Source: Lama guanicoe (lineage: Eukaryota). Taken from it: a stretch of DNA of 64,000 bases. Below the pieces are notes generated by a model that was not told where the DNA came from, did no database searches, and saw only the letters and a program-made list of their open reading frames with translations. Position numbers and translations under genes: made by a program. The stretch covers positions 899,568-963,567 of the forward strand of contig MU054098.1 of NCBI GenBank assembly GCA_013239625.1, read 5' to 3'. Every line of letters begins with the position of its first letter. Positions within the stretch are counted from its first letter, which is position 1. This document shows, in pieces, positions 1 to 14,089 of this stretch.

Positions 1-3000
1 TGTCAGGGTGATGCTGGCCTCATAGAATAAGTTCAGAAGTATTCCTTCCTCTGCAATTTTTTGGAATAATTTCAGAAGGATGGGTGTTAATTCTTCTCTA
101 AATATTTGGTAGAATTCACCTGTGAAGCCATTTGGTCCTGTACTTTCATTTATTGGGAGTTTTAAAATTACTTATTCAATTTCAGAACTGGTAATTGGTC
201 TCTTCATAGTTTCTATTTCTTCCTGGTTCAATCTTGGGAAATTGTACTCTTCTAAGATGTGTCCATTTCTTCTAGGTTGTCCATTTTCTTGCTGTAGAGT
301 TGCTCATAGTAGTCTCTTATGATCCCTTGTATTTCTATGGTGTTGGTTATAACTTCTCCTTTTTTGTTTCTGATTTTATTGATTTATTCCTTTTTTTTCT
401 TAATGAGTCTGGCTAAAAGTCTACCAGTGTGCATTTATCTTTTCAAAGAACCAGCTTTTAGTTTCATTGATCTTTTCTATTTTTTGGTCTCTATTTCATT
501 TATTTATGTTCTGATCTTTATTATTTCTTTCTTTATAATAAACTTTGGTTGTATTTGTTCTTTTTTCACTTCCTATAGGTGTAAGGCTAAGTTGTTTATT
601 TGAGATTTTTCTTGTTTCCTTTCTTGTTCCCCTGAGGTAAGGTTGTATTGGTATAAACTTCCCCTAGAGCTGCTTTTGCTGCATCCCATAGATTTTGAAT
701 CATTGTGTTTTCATTTTCATTTTTTCCAGGTAGTTTTTGTTTTCCTCTTTAATTTCTTCAGTGATTCATTGGTTGTTTAGTAGCATATTGTTTAGCCTCC
801 GCAGTTTTGTGGTTTTTTGCAGTTTTTTTTCTTGCAGTTGATTTCTAGTCTCATAGTGTTGTGGTTGGTAAAGATGCTTGATATGAGTTCACTTTTCTTA
901 AATTTACTGAGGCTTGTTTTGTGGCCAAGCATGTGATCTATCCTGGAGAATGTTACATGTGCACTTGAAAAGAATGTGTATTGTTCTGCTTTTGGATGGA
1001 ATGTTCTGTAAATTATCTATTAAGTTCATCTAGTGTAATATCTCCTTTAAGGCTACTGTTTCCTTGTTGATTTTCTGTCCGGATGATCTGTCCATTGAAT
1101 GAGGTGGGGTGTTAAAGTCCCCTACTATTATTCTGTTACTGTTGATTTTTCCCTTTATGTCCCTTAATATTTGCTGTATGTGTTTAGGTCCTCCTATGTT
1201 GGATGCATATATATTTACAATTGTTATAACTTCTTGGATTGATCCCTTGATCAACGTAGTGTCCTTCTTTGTCTTTTGTAACAGTCTTTATTTTAAAGTC
1301 TATTTTGTCTGATATAAGTACTTCTACCCTGGCTTTCTTTTGATTTCCATTTCCATGGAATATCTTTTTCCACCCTGTCACTTTAAGTCTTTGTGTGTCT
1401 TTAGACGAAGTGAGTCTCTTGTAGGCAGAATATATAAGGATTTTTTTTTTAAGTATCCATTCAGCCACTCTGTCTTTTTGGAGCATTTAGTCCACTTACA
1501 TATTTCTAAGTAATTATTGATACATATGCATATTGCCATTTTGTTTGTTTTTTGGGGGGTTATTTACGTAAGCCTTTTTCATTCCTTTCCTTCTCATTTG
1601 TTCTCTTCTCTTGTGATTTGTTAACTATCTTTAGTGTTATGTTTGGATTCCTTTGTCATCTTGTGTATATCTAGTATAATTTTTGGTTTGTGGTTACCAT
1701 AAGGTTTATACATAGGAATCTATCAATCTACACATACATATGCATACAATGTGTGCATAATTAAGTTGCTGACTTCTTATTTCAAATGCATTTTAACAAC
1801 CCTAGATTTATACTCTCCTCCCTCATAATTGTTTTTTACCTTATATTTTATGTCAACTTGTTTTGTATATCCCTTAACCACTTATTGTGGATATAGATGA
1901 TTTTTACTACTTTTGTCTTTTAACCTTTCTTCCAGCTTTGTGTGTGAGATGATTTCTTACCCTTTACAGTGTGTTTGCCTTTACTAATAAACTTTTATTT
2001 AATAATTTTCATGAGTCTACTTTTGGCCTTTTTTTCACTTAGAGAAGTTCTTTTAACATTTCTTGTAAAGCTGATTTGATGGTACTGAACTCTTTTATCT
2101 TTTGCCTGTCTATGAAGGCTTTGATCTCTCCATCAAATATGAATGAGAACCTTGCTAGGTAGAGTACTCTTGGTTGTAGGTTTTTCCCTATCATCACTAT
2201 AAATATATCATGCCACTCCCTTCTGGCCTGCAGAGTTTCTGCTGAAAAGTCAGCTGATAGCCTTATGGGAGTTACTTTGTATTTTATTTGTTGCTTTTCC
2301 ATTTCTACTTTTAATATTCTCTCTTAATCTTTATTTTTTTTAACCATTTTAATTACTATGTGTCTTGATGTGTTCCTCTTTGGGTTAATCCTATATGGGA
2401 TTCTCTGTGCTTCCTGAACTTGGGTGTCTATTTCCTTTACCATGTTAGGTAAGTTTTCAGCTATTATGTCTTCAAATATGTTCTCTGCCCCCCTTTTTTC
2501 CTCTCTTCTACTTCTGGAACTCCCATAATGCAAGTATTAGTGCATTTGATGTTGTCCCAAAGGTCTTTTACATTGTCTTCATTTCTTTTTATTCTTTTCT
2601 TCTTTTTTCTGTTCGGTGTCAGTTATTTCCACTAGTCTGTCTTACAGCTCACTGATCTGTTTCTCTGTATCATTTAGTCTGCTGTTAATTCCTTCTAGTG
2701 TATTTTTAATTTTAATTATTATATTAACCTCTGGTTGTTTTTTTGTGTGTATTTTCTAACTCTTTGTTAAAACTTCTACCTTCTTGCTCTGTGCATCCAT
2801 TTTTCTTCTGAGTTCTTTTATCATCTTTATGATAACTACCCTAAACTCTTTCTCAGTTACATTGCTTGTCTCCATTTCACTTAGTTCTTTTTCTAGGGTT
2901 TTCTCTTTTCCTTCAGCTGGAATGTGCTCCTCTGTTGCCTCATTTTGCCTAAGTTGCTATTTATATTAAGTGTATCTGGTAGGTTAGCTAATGTTTCTCA

Positions 3001-4398
3001 ATCTTAGAGAAGCGGCCCTCTGTAGGAGATGTATGCATCCCAGCAGTGCACTCCCCTCTCATCGTCCAAACTATATGCTATAGGGGTTCCCCCTATGAGG
3101 GCTCTGTGTGTTCTTCTGTTTTGGCAGGTTGACTCTGTAGGCAGTCGGGTAGGCTTGGTTGTCCTCCAGTGAGGTTGGTTGCCTGGTCCTGTCTTGTGTG
3201 GAGGCTGCCAGCTGCCGGCTGCTGGTTGGTGGGGTCAGGTCACAAGATGGCTGATTGCAGAACCTCAGGGGGCCCAGGGGCTAGTGTTGGCTCACTGGTG
3301 GGTTGAGTCAGGGTCCAGAAGACTCTGGGGCTGTTGCCAGCCACTAGTGGGTGAAGCCAGGTCCTGGGTTTGTGTTGGCCTACTGGAAGGCATAGCTGGA
3401 TTCAGAGTCTGGTTACAGGGCCCAGGGTTCCCAGACTTGATGTCAGATCTCTGCTTCAGGGGGCACAATTCCTAACACAGTTGGATACAGCAACCAAGGT
3501 GTCCTGAAGCTTCTGTTAGCCTGCTAATGGACAGGGCCAGGGCCCATCTGGTCCCAGGGCATGCTCTGGCCTGATGGTGGGCAGGTTGCAGGATTGTGGT
3601 TTTCCTGGATCTGGTATCTACTCCCTGGTGGTTCAAGCTGGTACATAGGTCAGAGCTGACTTCCTGAATGGGAGGGTCAGGGCTCAGGTGATTCTGGGGC
3701 TAGTGCTTCCTCACTGGTAGGTGGAGCCGGATTCCGGGCCAGGGCAGGTGGGTCCTGAGGCTAATAAGCTAGAGGGAGGATTCCATGATGGTGCTTGCCA
3801 GCACTGGTGTCCATGTGGCAGAAGGAGCTCCCAAGAATGGCTGCTGCCAGTGTCTGTCCGAGGTGAGCTGCAGTTGCTTCCTGACTTTCCAAGGGACTCT
3901 CCAGTGTCAGCAGGTAGGTCTGACACAGGCTCCTATCAACTTACTGCTTCTGCCCTAGGTCCTGGACCATGCGAAATTTTGTGTGTGCCCTCTAAGAGTG
4001 AAGTCTCTATTTCCCCCAGTCCCTTGGGACTCTTGAAAGTAAGCCCTGCTGGCCTTCCAAGCTAACCATTCTGTGGACTTATCTTTCTAGTGAAGGACCC
4101 CTGTGCTGAGGAGCCTGACATAGGGCTCAGATCTCTCAGTCCTTTGGGAGTAATGTAATCATTCTCTAGTTTGTGGGTTGCCCACCTCCTGTGTATGGAA
4201 CTTGGCTATATTGTGAGTCCACCTCTCCTATCCATCTCATTGTGATTCTTTCTTTATGTCTTTAATTGTAGAAGATGTTTTCTGGTAGGATCTGGTCTTT
4301 TTCACTGATGGTTGTTCTGCAAATCGTTGTGATTTTCACGTGCCCATAAGAGGAGATGAGCTCAGCGTCTTTCTACTCTGCCATCTTGGCTGATCTTC
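1..4398 (-). mobile_element. LINE-1, 5' half (5'UTR, ORF1, ORF2 endonuclease), decayed; runs off the window start
   Basis: ORF1 peptides (2039-2302 IRLSADFSAETLQARREW; 2324-2533 QEAQRIP..NPKRNTSRHIVIK); EN peptides (1030-1254 NIYASN..IIVGDFNTP); GC-rich 5'UTR ~3000-4390 starting with CCAAGATGGC on minus (4380-4389). Confidence 0.95.
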
Positions 4399-4939
4399 CC
4401 ATACATTTCATACTCAAGTCATTTTCTTTCTAATGTTTATTTTGTCTCTTTTTAATGCTAATATGTAAAAATTCTGATTAATGCCTAGCACATAGTGTAT
4501 AGTATATCATGTTAGCCATTATTATTATTCTCAACATCATCTTCTTTCTCTCAAGCCATTTTCTAATATAATTTTTACTTCTATTTAATTGTGTTTTTGT
4601 CACAGCATTTGATGACCTTAAACTTTCCTTTAACAACCTTCTTGTATTTAATGAATCAGTTTGAAATGTTACCTTGAATGTGTAACTCATCCCAGTAATG
4701 GAACCAGAGAGCTGGAAGAGAGCTTCAACAGTTACAGATAGGGAAACAAACATAGAAAAGTTTAACTTTCTTAAAGCCACACACCTTTTTAGTAGTGTCA
4801 AAGAGCCTTAAGCCAAAGAAATAAAGTACTAAATATTAGTAATGTGTTTTGGAGGGCAGCAAAATCTTACCAGAATCTCTGAAACACCATAACTACCTAC
4901 TCTAATGACTGGACTTAGAGAAAAATATGGGAAAGATCA

Positions 4940-5400
4940 AGTAATATGGAAACATTAAATGGTGTTTGCAGCCATATAATGATTCTTTCTTCCCTTTCTG
5001 TAAGTAATATCAATTTGATATAGAGGGAAATAAAATGTACCTGATATTATTTGTTCCTTGTGAAGCCCTGTTGCTCATTATTCAGCATTTTGTGCCCCTG
5101 TAGGCATATTCAAATTGATAGCGTAATGACTTTTTCCACTATTATCCCAAGTACTGAAGTTAAGCTAACAGGTCTACAATTTTCCAGGATCATCCTTTTA
5201 GTAAAATTGGGCATTGTACCCTATTTCCGACTGCTGGAACTTCTGTTGTGAGCAACTTCCTCAAAATAGCTACAAAGAGCTTTGCAATAACATGCACCAT
5301 TGCCTTTAGAATCCTTTGTCGCTGATCATTAGGGCCTGCTGATTTAAATGGCATCCAGAGTTTTCAAGTTATCTCCAATTACTTCCATCCTCAACTTATT
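4940..5400 (-). mobile_element. CR1/L3 LINE RT fragment
   Basis: Minus translation KSAGPND..RILK.. then NCRPVSLTSVLGIIVEKVI..EQQGFTRNK, matching CR1 PGNYRPVSLTSVPGKIME..QHGF. Confidence 0.85.
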
Positions 5401-6600
5401 TTGTCTCAGAGCAGTGTCTCATAGGCAGTTATCAAACTACTTTAGATATAGGAGAAAGAAAAAAAAATAAACCTAAAAGCATTTCTAAGGAACTGATTAC
5501 AATTTAATTTTTGAAACCCATTGTATTTTCAGATTTCTTCATTTTCTTGTCTCAAAAAATTCTTCATTTCTATAAGGAGTTCTTTTTTATTAACTGAAAT
5601 TATTGCTCCAGAGCCCAAAGAGAAAGGAATAATATATATTCTCTTAAGTGAATGGCCTTCAGATAGGTTATTAATTCCATCCTTCTTCCATTTGGCATAA
5701 GTAAATTGTTATATGACTCATCTGATACAATGAATGTAGTTCTGGGTAACACAATATTGGTTAAAACAAAAACAAAACAAAACACTGCTTTCCGACTATG
5801 CAACAAATCACTTTAGCTCCAAGGATACAAAATGTCTCTTTAGCGGTTGGGGGAAATTTCTTGATGTTATACTAACAATGGGTGAGCTTTCCTACTGCTC
5901 TTTGAATCCAATTATATCTTAAGTGATCAGTTTTAATTGTGTCTTCCAATTTTCAAAATGTTTCCATTATGATCATATAGGAAATAAAATCATTCTGTAT
6001 TTTGTAATCAGATCTGACTATCTATGAAACTTCAAGGCATCTAAATAACACTTATTATCCTCACCACCCAAAGAAAAAATTTCAATTGTAACTCCAACCA
6101 GGGAATATTTGGATGAGATAATTAAATGTTATAAAGTTAGTGATGAAATTGACAATGAGCAATAAAATGGATTTTTAATTATTTATAGCAAAAAGATTTA
6201 GTAAGTACCACACCATAAGCTAGTATAAGTGCATAACTCTGCAGGATTATTTAAGATTTTTTCTGACTATGCAAAAGCCTTGGCTATGAAAATATAAATT
6301 AAAATTAGAAATATTTGGACTATATCTTCACACAGTAATCAGTAATATGGTAGTAAAATTTTCTGTAAAAGATGGCACACCAAATTAAATTACAAAGAGT
6401 TCACAATAAACAGAAATATTCTATCTTAATATTCTGACCTGGATCATTAATTTGGTATATAACTGTAAGGGAAAGCTCTGCAAGTTCAGGTTGACAGACT
6501 GAGCAAACTCTTCCTTGGAATGGCCAATGGAAAGGAAGAAATGATTTAGCAATTTGAAGATGGTGCAACTTAGCCTTCTAATATGGTGAGTCACAGTCCG

Positions 6601-6952
6601 TGTCTTAGTCAGTTCAGGCTGCTATAATAAAGTAGCACAGACTAGGTGGCTTATAAATAACAAATATATTTATCACAATTCTGGAGGCCCTGAAGTCTGA
6701 GATCAGAGTGCCAGCATGGTTGAGTTCAGGTGAGAATACTCTTCTGGGTTGCAGACTGACTTGTACCCTCACATGGTGAAAAGAGAGCTGGCTACCCTTG
6801 TGGGATTTTCTTACAAGGGCACTAATCCCATTCATGAGGGCTCCACTCTCATTAGTTAATTACCTCCACAAAGGTCCAAATACTATCACTTTGAGATAAA
6901 GGTTTCAACATATGAATTTGAGAGGTGGGAACACAATGTTCAGTGCATTGAA
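6601..6952 (-). mobile_element. MaLR solo LTR (MLT1A-like)
   Basis: tgtcttagtcagttcaggctgctataa... start, 'ctaatcccattcatgagggctccac' core and 'ggtttcaacatatgaatttg' end, typical of MLT1A/MST LTRs. Confidence 0.85.
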
Positions 6953-7261
6953 ATCCACATTTTAGGCTTTAATTTTATAATAACAAGGCCCGTTGTAATT
7001 ATTTCTCATCACTTTGACCAGGAGAATTTGCATGATGATCCAGAGCTGAAATAGTTCTTGTCTTTATGTTTATAACATGATTGTTATTTTCTTCTACTAT
7101 CTGAAATAGAATTTATTTTATTAATAATCCTTATTTGAATATGAACTATTAAAAGATAAATGGTAATTCAGTTAATTTTATTTTTAGTATAAACAGCTTC
7201 AGGGTTTAATATATGTTTTAATATTTCATTCAAAAAACTAAAATGCCATTACATGTAAAAT

Positions 7262-7529
7262 ATTTTTTAACATTTTTTATTGATTTATAATCATTTTAAA
7301 ATGTTGTGTCAAATTCCAGTGTTCAGCATAATTTTTCAGTCATTCATGGACATATACACACTCATTGTCACATTTTTTCTCTGTGAGCTACCATAACATT
7401 TTGTGTATATTTCCCTGTGCCATACAGTATAATCTTGTTTATCTATTCTACAATTTTGAAAATACAGGACAGAAATAGACTCATATTGCCAGGGGGGCGG
7501 AGGGTGGGAAGAGATAGACTGGGATTTCA
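7262..7529 (-). mobile_element. Young camelid-type L1 3' end with 5' inversion and TSD
   Basis: T-tail at 7262; 3'UTR on minus to ~7461; adjacent upstream segment on plus 7462-7529; TSD catgtaaaatatttt (7252-7266) / catgtataatatttt (7528-7542). Confidence 0.85.
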
Positions 7530-8239
7530 TGTATAATATTTTAATTGAAATCAATACACATTCCGTTATTCATGATTTCTTGAACACTGTACCATCTCAC
7601 CCACTCACCTATTAACCAATTATAAACTTGAAAATGTATTTTAATTATTATGAACTGCCTGAAAATGTAATAAAATTACTATGTTATATCACTAGAATTA
7701 TGAATAATATCCTCTAGATAAACAAATGAAGGGAATTGCCTCACTTTGGTATTTTTATTAGATTTCTCTTGGGATATGTAGAGTGATTGTCCTATGGCTT
7801 CTAAAATCGTGAAGAAGTAAATCTCAAAATATTTCATGTGCAGTCAGAAGAACAGAGTGTAGTGGCATTATATATGTAATTGATGTATATTACATGGTAT
7901 ATAACATACATATAACTGATATACATATACATGTCAGTTATATGAATGTACAGAGAGCTATAATTCCACTAATTTGTAAAAGGGGATAATAACTCTTTTA
8001 TTTGTGGTCATCTCACAAATAATGATTAATGTGAAATATCTTAACCTCCAGGTAAGTTTCCTATGGCTCAAATTTGTGTTTAGTTCCTTTTCCTAAGAAC
8101 TTTTCCTTAGGAAGTATATTCCAAGAAATGTCAAGGGTTACAAAATCCAAAAAAATGGAAAAGTTTTGGAAACTAGAGTCCTACGTAAGCCAGTTTGGGA
8201 AAAGCTGTTATGAGGAAATGATAGACTTGATGTTAAAGT

Positions 8240-8650
8240 TTAATGAGACCTCTGAGATCATTAAGACTAATACATATATTTTACAGATAAGGAGATAGTC
8301 CCATGAGAGATAACATCTCTCTCCAGCACAGAGGCACATAGTGGCTACATAAATATTGTCAGACGAGTGAATGGGTGAATAAACAATAAGGCAAGGGTTA
8401 GAACTCAAGGTTCATGTTGCTCTGTCTATTGAACTTTTCAAAGGACTTACCTTATTTTCTCCTAAGGACAGTGTAATCTGCTCACTAGGGTCTTCTATAA
8501 AAGGAGTTACTAGCTACGTAGCCTTGGGCACATATTCTTTTTGAGAATCAGGATAATACCTCTCTCACAGGGTTATTCATCAGTATTATTTGAGATGTCA
8601 TGAGGAAATGCTTACTACACAGTGCACATGAAGATTTGGTAAATGTTAGT
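8240..8650. mobile_element. MIR fragments
   Basis: MIR-core-like 'ttttacagataaggagatagtccc' and 'ggataatacctctctcacagggttatt..gaggaaatgctt'. Confidence 0.5.
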
Positions 8651-9409
8651 ATATCTTCATTTCCTTGATAATAGTCTGTACAAAATTGATAGTGTCTGTG
8701 ATAGTAGCATCCCATTTGGTAAAAATATTTTATATGTCATTAAGATTATAACATAGCATAAATTTTAAGTATACAGCTTGCTGAATTTTAGCAAGCTAAA
8801 CAAACCTGGGTAATCAATACCTAGGTTAATAAGCAGAACCCCAGAAGACATCCTTCCATTGACTACTTCAGAGTTATTTTATATAAATAAAATCATGTAG
8901 TAAATACTATTCTGTGTTTGACTTTTTTCCCTTCAACATTGTTTATGAGATATATCCACATTTTATGCAGTTGTAGAGCATTCTTTGTTTTCTAATGTTT
9001 GTAACAATTTATACTCCTACCAGCAGTACGTGAAAGCTTCAACTTTAGATTGAAACTAAAATTATAGCCTTGGATTTAAAATAGAGTAACAAAATACAAA
9101 GCACATGAATTAAAGGTGGCAGCTATTAATGAGAGAACACTGAAATGACTGGTTTCTTGGGTTCTAGTATAGGGTCTTCCAGCAACACTCTAGGTGATCT
9201 TGGAAAAAAAACTTAGAGCACAAATTTAACATCTGTGATTCAGGCATTGGAGGGGATATGACTCTTCTTTTTAGAAAAATGAATAACTCATATATAACTC
9301 TTTACATATTTTACATACATGTATATAATTTTAAGATTGGAAGTCATAGAGCCCATAATGCATAATGGGGGTGGTGACTGAGACTCATCATATTTTGGCT
9401 AAGAATATC

Positions 9410-12400
9410 TGAACTAAGGGACAAAACAGCCAAGTAGAAAGATCCTGGGCTCACCTCCTCCTATGCACATGCCAAAATTACAACTACATACAGAGAAATT
9501 AATTCTGATAATGAATGGCCTGAAGACTAGCAAAAAAGATTTTTCACAACTAAAGATAAAAAGGAAAAGCCACACTGAGATGGATAGGAGGGGCAAAAAC
9601 GTGGTCTGTCCAGGACATCTCTCCTGCAAAGAAGAGAGAGAAAGGGACAGAAAACCTATTTGAAGAGATACTGGCTGAAAGCTTTCTTAACCTGGTTCAG
9701 GAAACAGATATCTAAATCCAGGAAGTGCAGAGAGTCCCAAACAAGATGAACCCAAAGAGACCTACACCTAGACACATTATAATTAAAATGTCAAAAGTTA
9801 AAGATAGAGAATCTGAAAAGCAGCAAGAGAAAAACAACTATTAACATACAGAGGAGCACTCAGAAGACCATCATCTGACTTTTCAGCAGAAACTTTATAA
9901 GACAGAAGCAAGTAGCATGACATGTTCAAAGTACTGAAAGGCAAAAAAAAACTTATAATGAAGAATATTCTGTCTGATAGGTTATCATTCAGAATTGAAG
10001 GAGAGAAACAGTTTTATAGGTAAGCAAAAGCTAAAGGAGCTTATTTATCACCATTAAACTGACTTCACAAGAAATGTTAAAGGGACCTCTTTAAACAGAA
10101 AAGGTATAAGTAGAAATATTAAAAATTATGAAAGAAAAAAATCTCATCAGTAAAGTAAAAAATGTAGTATAAGTGGTGGATTATCCAACTATAGAGCTAG
10201 TATGAACATTAAAAGGCAAAACTAGTAAACTTATATATAGTTACAGTAATTAGTTAAGGGATGCATGAAATAGAAATATGTAAAAAATGACATCAAAAGC
10301 ATAAAGTATTGTGGGGGGAGTGAAAATGTACTGCTTTTAGAATGCTCTCAGATGTAGATAACCATGTAACCTGCAATTTAAAATAGACTATTTACTCAGA
10401 TTGTTATGTAAGAATCTCATGGTAACCACAAAACAGAAAGCGATAGTAGATACACATAACATAAAGAGATAAGGAATACAAACATAATAGTAAAGAAAGT
10501 CACCATAAGAGATTACTATGAAAAAGTATACACCATCAAATTGGACAGCCTAGACAAAATGGATAAATTTGTAGAAATATACAATCTTCCAAGACTGAAT
10601 CAGGAAGAAATAGAAAATCTGATCAGATTAATTACTGGTGATAAGATTGAATCAGTAATCAAAAAGCTCCCAACAAACAAAAGTCTAGGACCAGATGGCT
10701 TCATGAGTAAATTCTAGCAAACATTTAAAAAAGACTTAATACTTGTTCTTCTCAAACTATTCAAACAAATTGAAGAGGAATACATTCTTTCAAAATCATT
10801 CTATAAGTGCAATTTTATCTGATATCAAAACCAGACAAAGATACTACAAAAAAGAGAAAATTACAGGCCAATATCCCTGATGAACATAAATGCAAAAATT
10901 CTCAACAAAATGTTAGCAAACTCAATTCAATAATACATTAAAAAGATCATACACCATGATAAAGTGGGATTTATTCCTGGGGTACAAGGATGGTTTAAAA
11001 TTTGTAATGTGATACACCACATAACAAACTGGAGAATGAAGACCATATGATCATCTCAATAGATGTAGAAAAAGCTTTAGACAAAATTCAACATCCACTT
11101 ATGATAAAAACTCTCAGCAAAGTGGGCAGAGAGGAAACATAACCTCAACACAATGAAGGCCATATATCACAAATCCACAGCTAACATTATGCTCAAAGCC
11201 AAAAATCTGAAAGCATTCCCTCTTAAGATCAGGATCACGACAAGGATGTCCACTTGCCACTTTTATTCAACATTGTTTTGGAAGTCCTAGCCACAGCAAT
11301 TAGATGATAAAAAGAAATTAAAGACATCCGTATTGGAAAGGAAGAAGTAAAATTCAGTATTTGCAGATGGCAGGATACTATATACAGAAAACTCCATAGA
11401 CCAGCAAAAAAAAAAAACTAGAATAAATTCAGAAAGATTGCAGGATACAAAATTAATATAAATAAATCTGTAGCATTTTATACACTAATAACAATTAGAA
11501 AGAGAAATTAAGAAAAAAATGTTTCATACCATGGCATCAAAAAGAATAAATACCTAGGAATAAATTTGAGGTGAAAGACCTGTACTCTGAAAATAGCAAA
11601 GACATTGGTGAAAGAAATTGACAATGACACAAATCAACGTAAAGATATACAAACACCACGATTAAAAAATGAGCAGAGGACCTGTATAGGTATTTCTCCA
11701 AAGAGGACACACAGATGGCCAACAGACATGAAAAGATGCTCAAAATCACTAATTATCAGGGAAAAGCAGGTAAAAACCACAATGAATAACCACCTCACAC
11801 TTGTCAGAACTGCTGTCATCAAAAAGACAACAAATAACAAATGATGGTGAGGATTTGAAGAAAAGGGACCCCTTGCACACTGTTGGTGGGAATGTAAATT
11901 GGTGCCTTCACTATGGAAAATGTTTTGATGAACCTTCACAGTATAGAGGTTAATTTAAAAAATTAAAAATGAAAGTACTATGATCCAGCAATTCCACTTC
12001 TGGGTATTTACATGAAGAAAACAAAACAGTAATTTGAAAAGATATATATGCATCCCTATGTTCATTGCAACATGATTTACAATAGCCAAGAACAAGGAAG
12101 CCACCTATTCATTGATATTTGGATAAAGAAGATGGGTATTATGCTAAGTGAAATAAGTCAGACAGAGAAAGACAACAAAGTAAGATCTCACTTATATATG
12201 GAATCTAAAAATAAAACAAATGAAACAGACATAAAGAGAGCAAACTAGTGGTTTCCAGAGAGGAGGGGAGTGGAGGGTTGGGTGAAATAGGTGAAGGGAA
12301 TTAAGAGATACAAACTTCCAGTTATAAAATAAATAAGTCATGGGATATAATATACAGCATATGGAATATAATCAATAATACTGTAGTAATTCTGTATAGT

Positions 12401-12530
12401 GAAAGATAGTTACTAGACTTGTCATGGTGATTATTTCATAATATATTTAGTTGTCCCATCACTGTGTTGTACAGCTTAAACTAATATAATATTGGAAGTC
12501 AACTATACTTCAATAATAATAAAAAATGAA
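9410..12530 (+). mobile_element. LINE-1 with large internal deletions (5'UTR start, ORF1 3' part, RT part, 3'UTR, A tail)
   Basis: ORF1 'ccaggaagtgcagagagtcccaaacaagatgaacccaaagagacctacacctagacac'; RT 'aattacaggccaatatccctgatgaac' (NYRPISLM), ISIDVEKA, 'tttgcagatggc'; 3'UTR and A-rich tail ~12515-12530. Confidence 0.93.
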
Positions 12531-13559
12531 TAATAATACCTGAATAATATATTTGAAGTCTCTTCCAGTGGCAACAACAATAACAGGTATTTAAAGCCAA
12601 TATGTCAACTATTATTTAAGGTTATATTTCAAACATATATCTGCTATAAATTATTTCCAACGTAAATTGTAACTAATGGTGCCGACAGAGATAAGTATTC
12701 CAAATTTGCCATTGTTAAAAAAGAATCAACTTAAATCATACTAAAGAAATGTTTGTGAAACCACTAAAAACCAATGGATAAAAACCTGAAACATAGATAC
12801 TACTGTACTATTGTTACTGGATATCAATTTATGCTATCACGTCAGTAAGTTTTGAGGGCATGGAAATAACCAGGCTTTTAAAAACTTTTAATATTGTTTT
12901 TTTGAAGGATAAATTTGATATTGTTTCAAACGAAAGAAATTTTAATATTCTTTAAGTGAATGTTACTGGGTATGTCTAGAGAAGTCCCTTATAATATATT
13001 CAATAGAAAAGTTTCTTCTGATTACAGTATTGTCCTTCGTTTATTACATACTTTATTATGCAAATATTACTTTTATGAAATCATCTCTAAGTTTTTCAAT
13101 CTGATGTAAGTGGGATAATTTGAAAAGCAATCAGAGGTCTTATTGCACAAAATCTTCCAACACAGTCCTTATATTATTGTCAGCATTTGTCACTCTTTAA
13201 GGACTTTACTTGCACATCAAGAGGATGAAAACATTAAAGGCAATATGTTAGCTAACCATCACATGAGCCAGGATTCATTTGTCTGGTCACCTCATTATCA
13301 TCCATCGTAATGTTGGCAGACAACAGATCTATAGAGGAAAGGGATGATGAATGGAAAAATACCAAAGGGGATAAAGTTTGGGATCATAAAATATGAAACG
13401 GATCTAGAAGGTTACTGTTGATATGGGTTGATTATCTACAGAGGAAACAAGTAGGGTAGGGTATAGAGAATCCTGAAAAGAGATGTGATTTCCAAATTGC
13501 TGAGTGGAATAAACTCATTTTAAACAAACACCCAAAAGGAGAACTATATCCTGCTTTTC

Positions 13560-13745
13560 CAGAACAGTAAGAGTATTCTGAATCATTATTTCTAGAGTTC
13601 AAAAATTGTGTATTGCAAGTATCCCCTTGCCCTGTAGTGTTTAATAATATAATAGATAACTCTAGGTAGGTGTTGTCTTACCTGGGAGCAGGTGGCTGGA
13701 CTATTCGAACTCAACCAGTTCCCTTCTAGCAGCAGGACTCTAATA
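13560..13745 (+). mobile_element. L3/MIR3-type 3' end
   Basis: 'ggtggctggactattcgaactcaaccagttcccttctagc' resembles the CR1/L3 terminal 'ggttggactagatgacctc..ggtcccttccaac'. Confidence 0.55.
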
Positions 13746-14089
13746 TATTTTGCTCCTGGGACACAGAATAAACATTGTGCACCTGGAAATGACAGTAAAA
13801 AGCACTTTCAATATTTTTATACATTATTTTAATGAAAGATTACATTCCTCCATGTAAAACGGCTAAGACTGCCAATACTTGCTTTCAAAATAGAAATCCA
13901 TAAAGAATGATGACTCAGACTCCCATCATCTTCAAAGAATCAACCCTGGAAGTCAGTAGGAGCCAAAAAATAATTTTATATAAGTTTATGAAAAAAAACC
14001 TCATCATTCATTTACAACCAAGGGAATTTACAAAGCATTAAATTGTCATGTTTTCTCTCTTACATAGCTTTTAAAAAAATATGCAGTTA

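Larger units (their letters stand above)
4540..8250 (-). mobile_element. Ancient RTE-X/L4-like LINE ORF2 remnant, copy A (EN end to RT), interrupted by CR1, MLT1 and L1
   Basis: Ordered minus-strand motifs read across frameshifts: RKSS*EKELN (~8080-8110, cf. RxSxDxxxN), IFPGW (6094-6108, cf. IPxxW), IGFKEQ..THC (~5878-5912, cf. QAGFR..DHC), LREYILFLSLWAL (~5610-5650, cf. RQGCxLAPxLFxL), FHYWDELHIQGNIS (~4665-4706, cf. FKYLGxxF). Confidence 0.55.

Noticed and set aside
3000..4150. GC-rich region with ORFs 3179-3475 and 3721-4065 as a promoter or gene
   Set aside because: CpG-depleted L1 5'UTR; the ORFs are incidental
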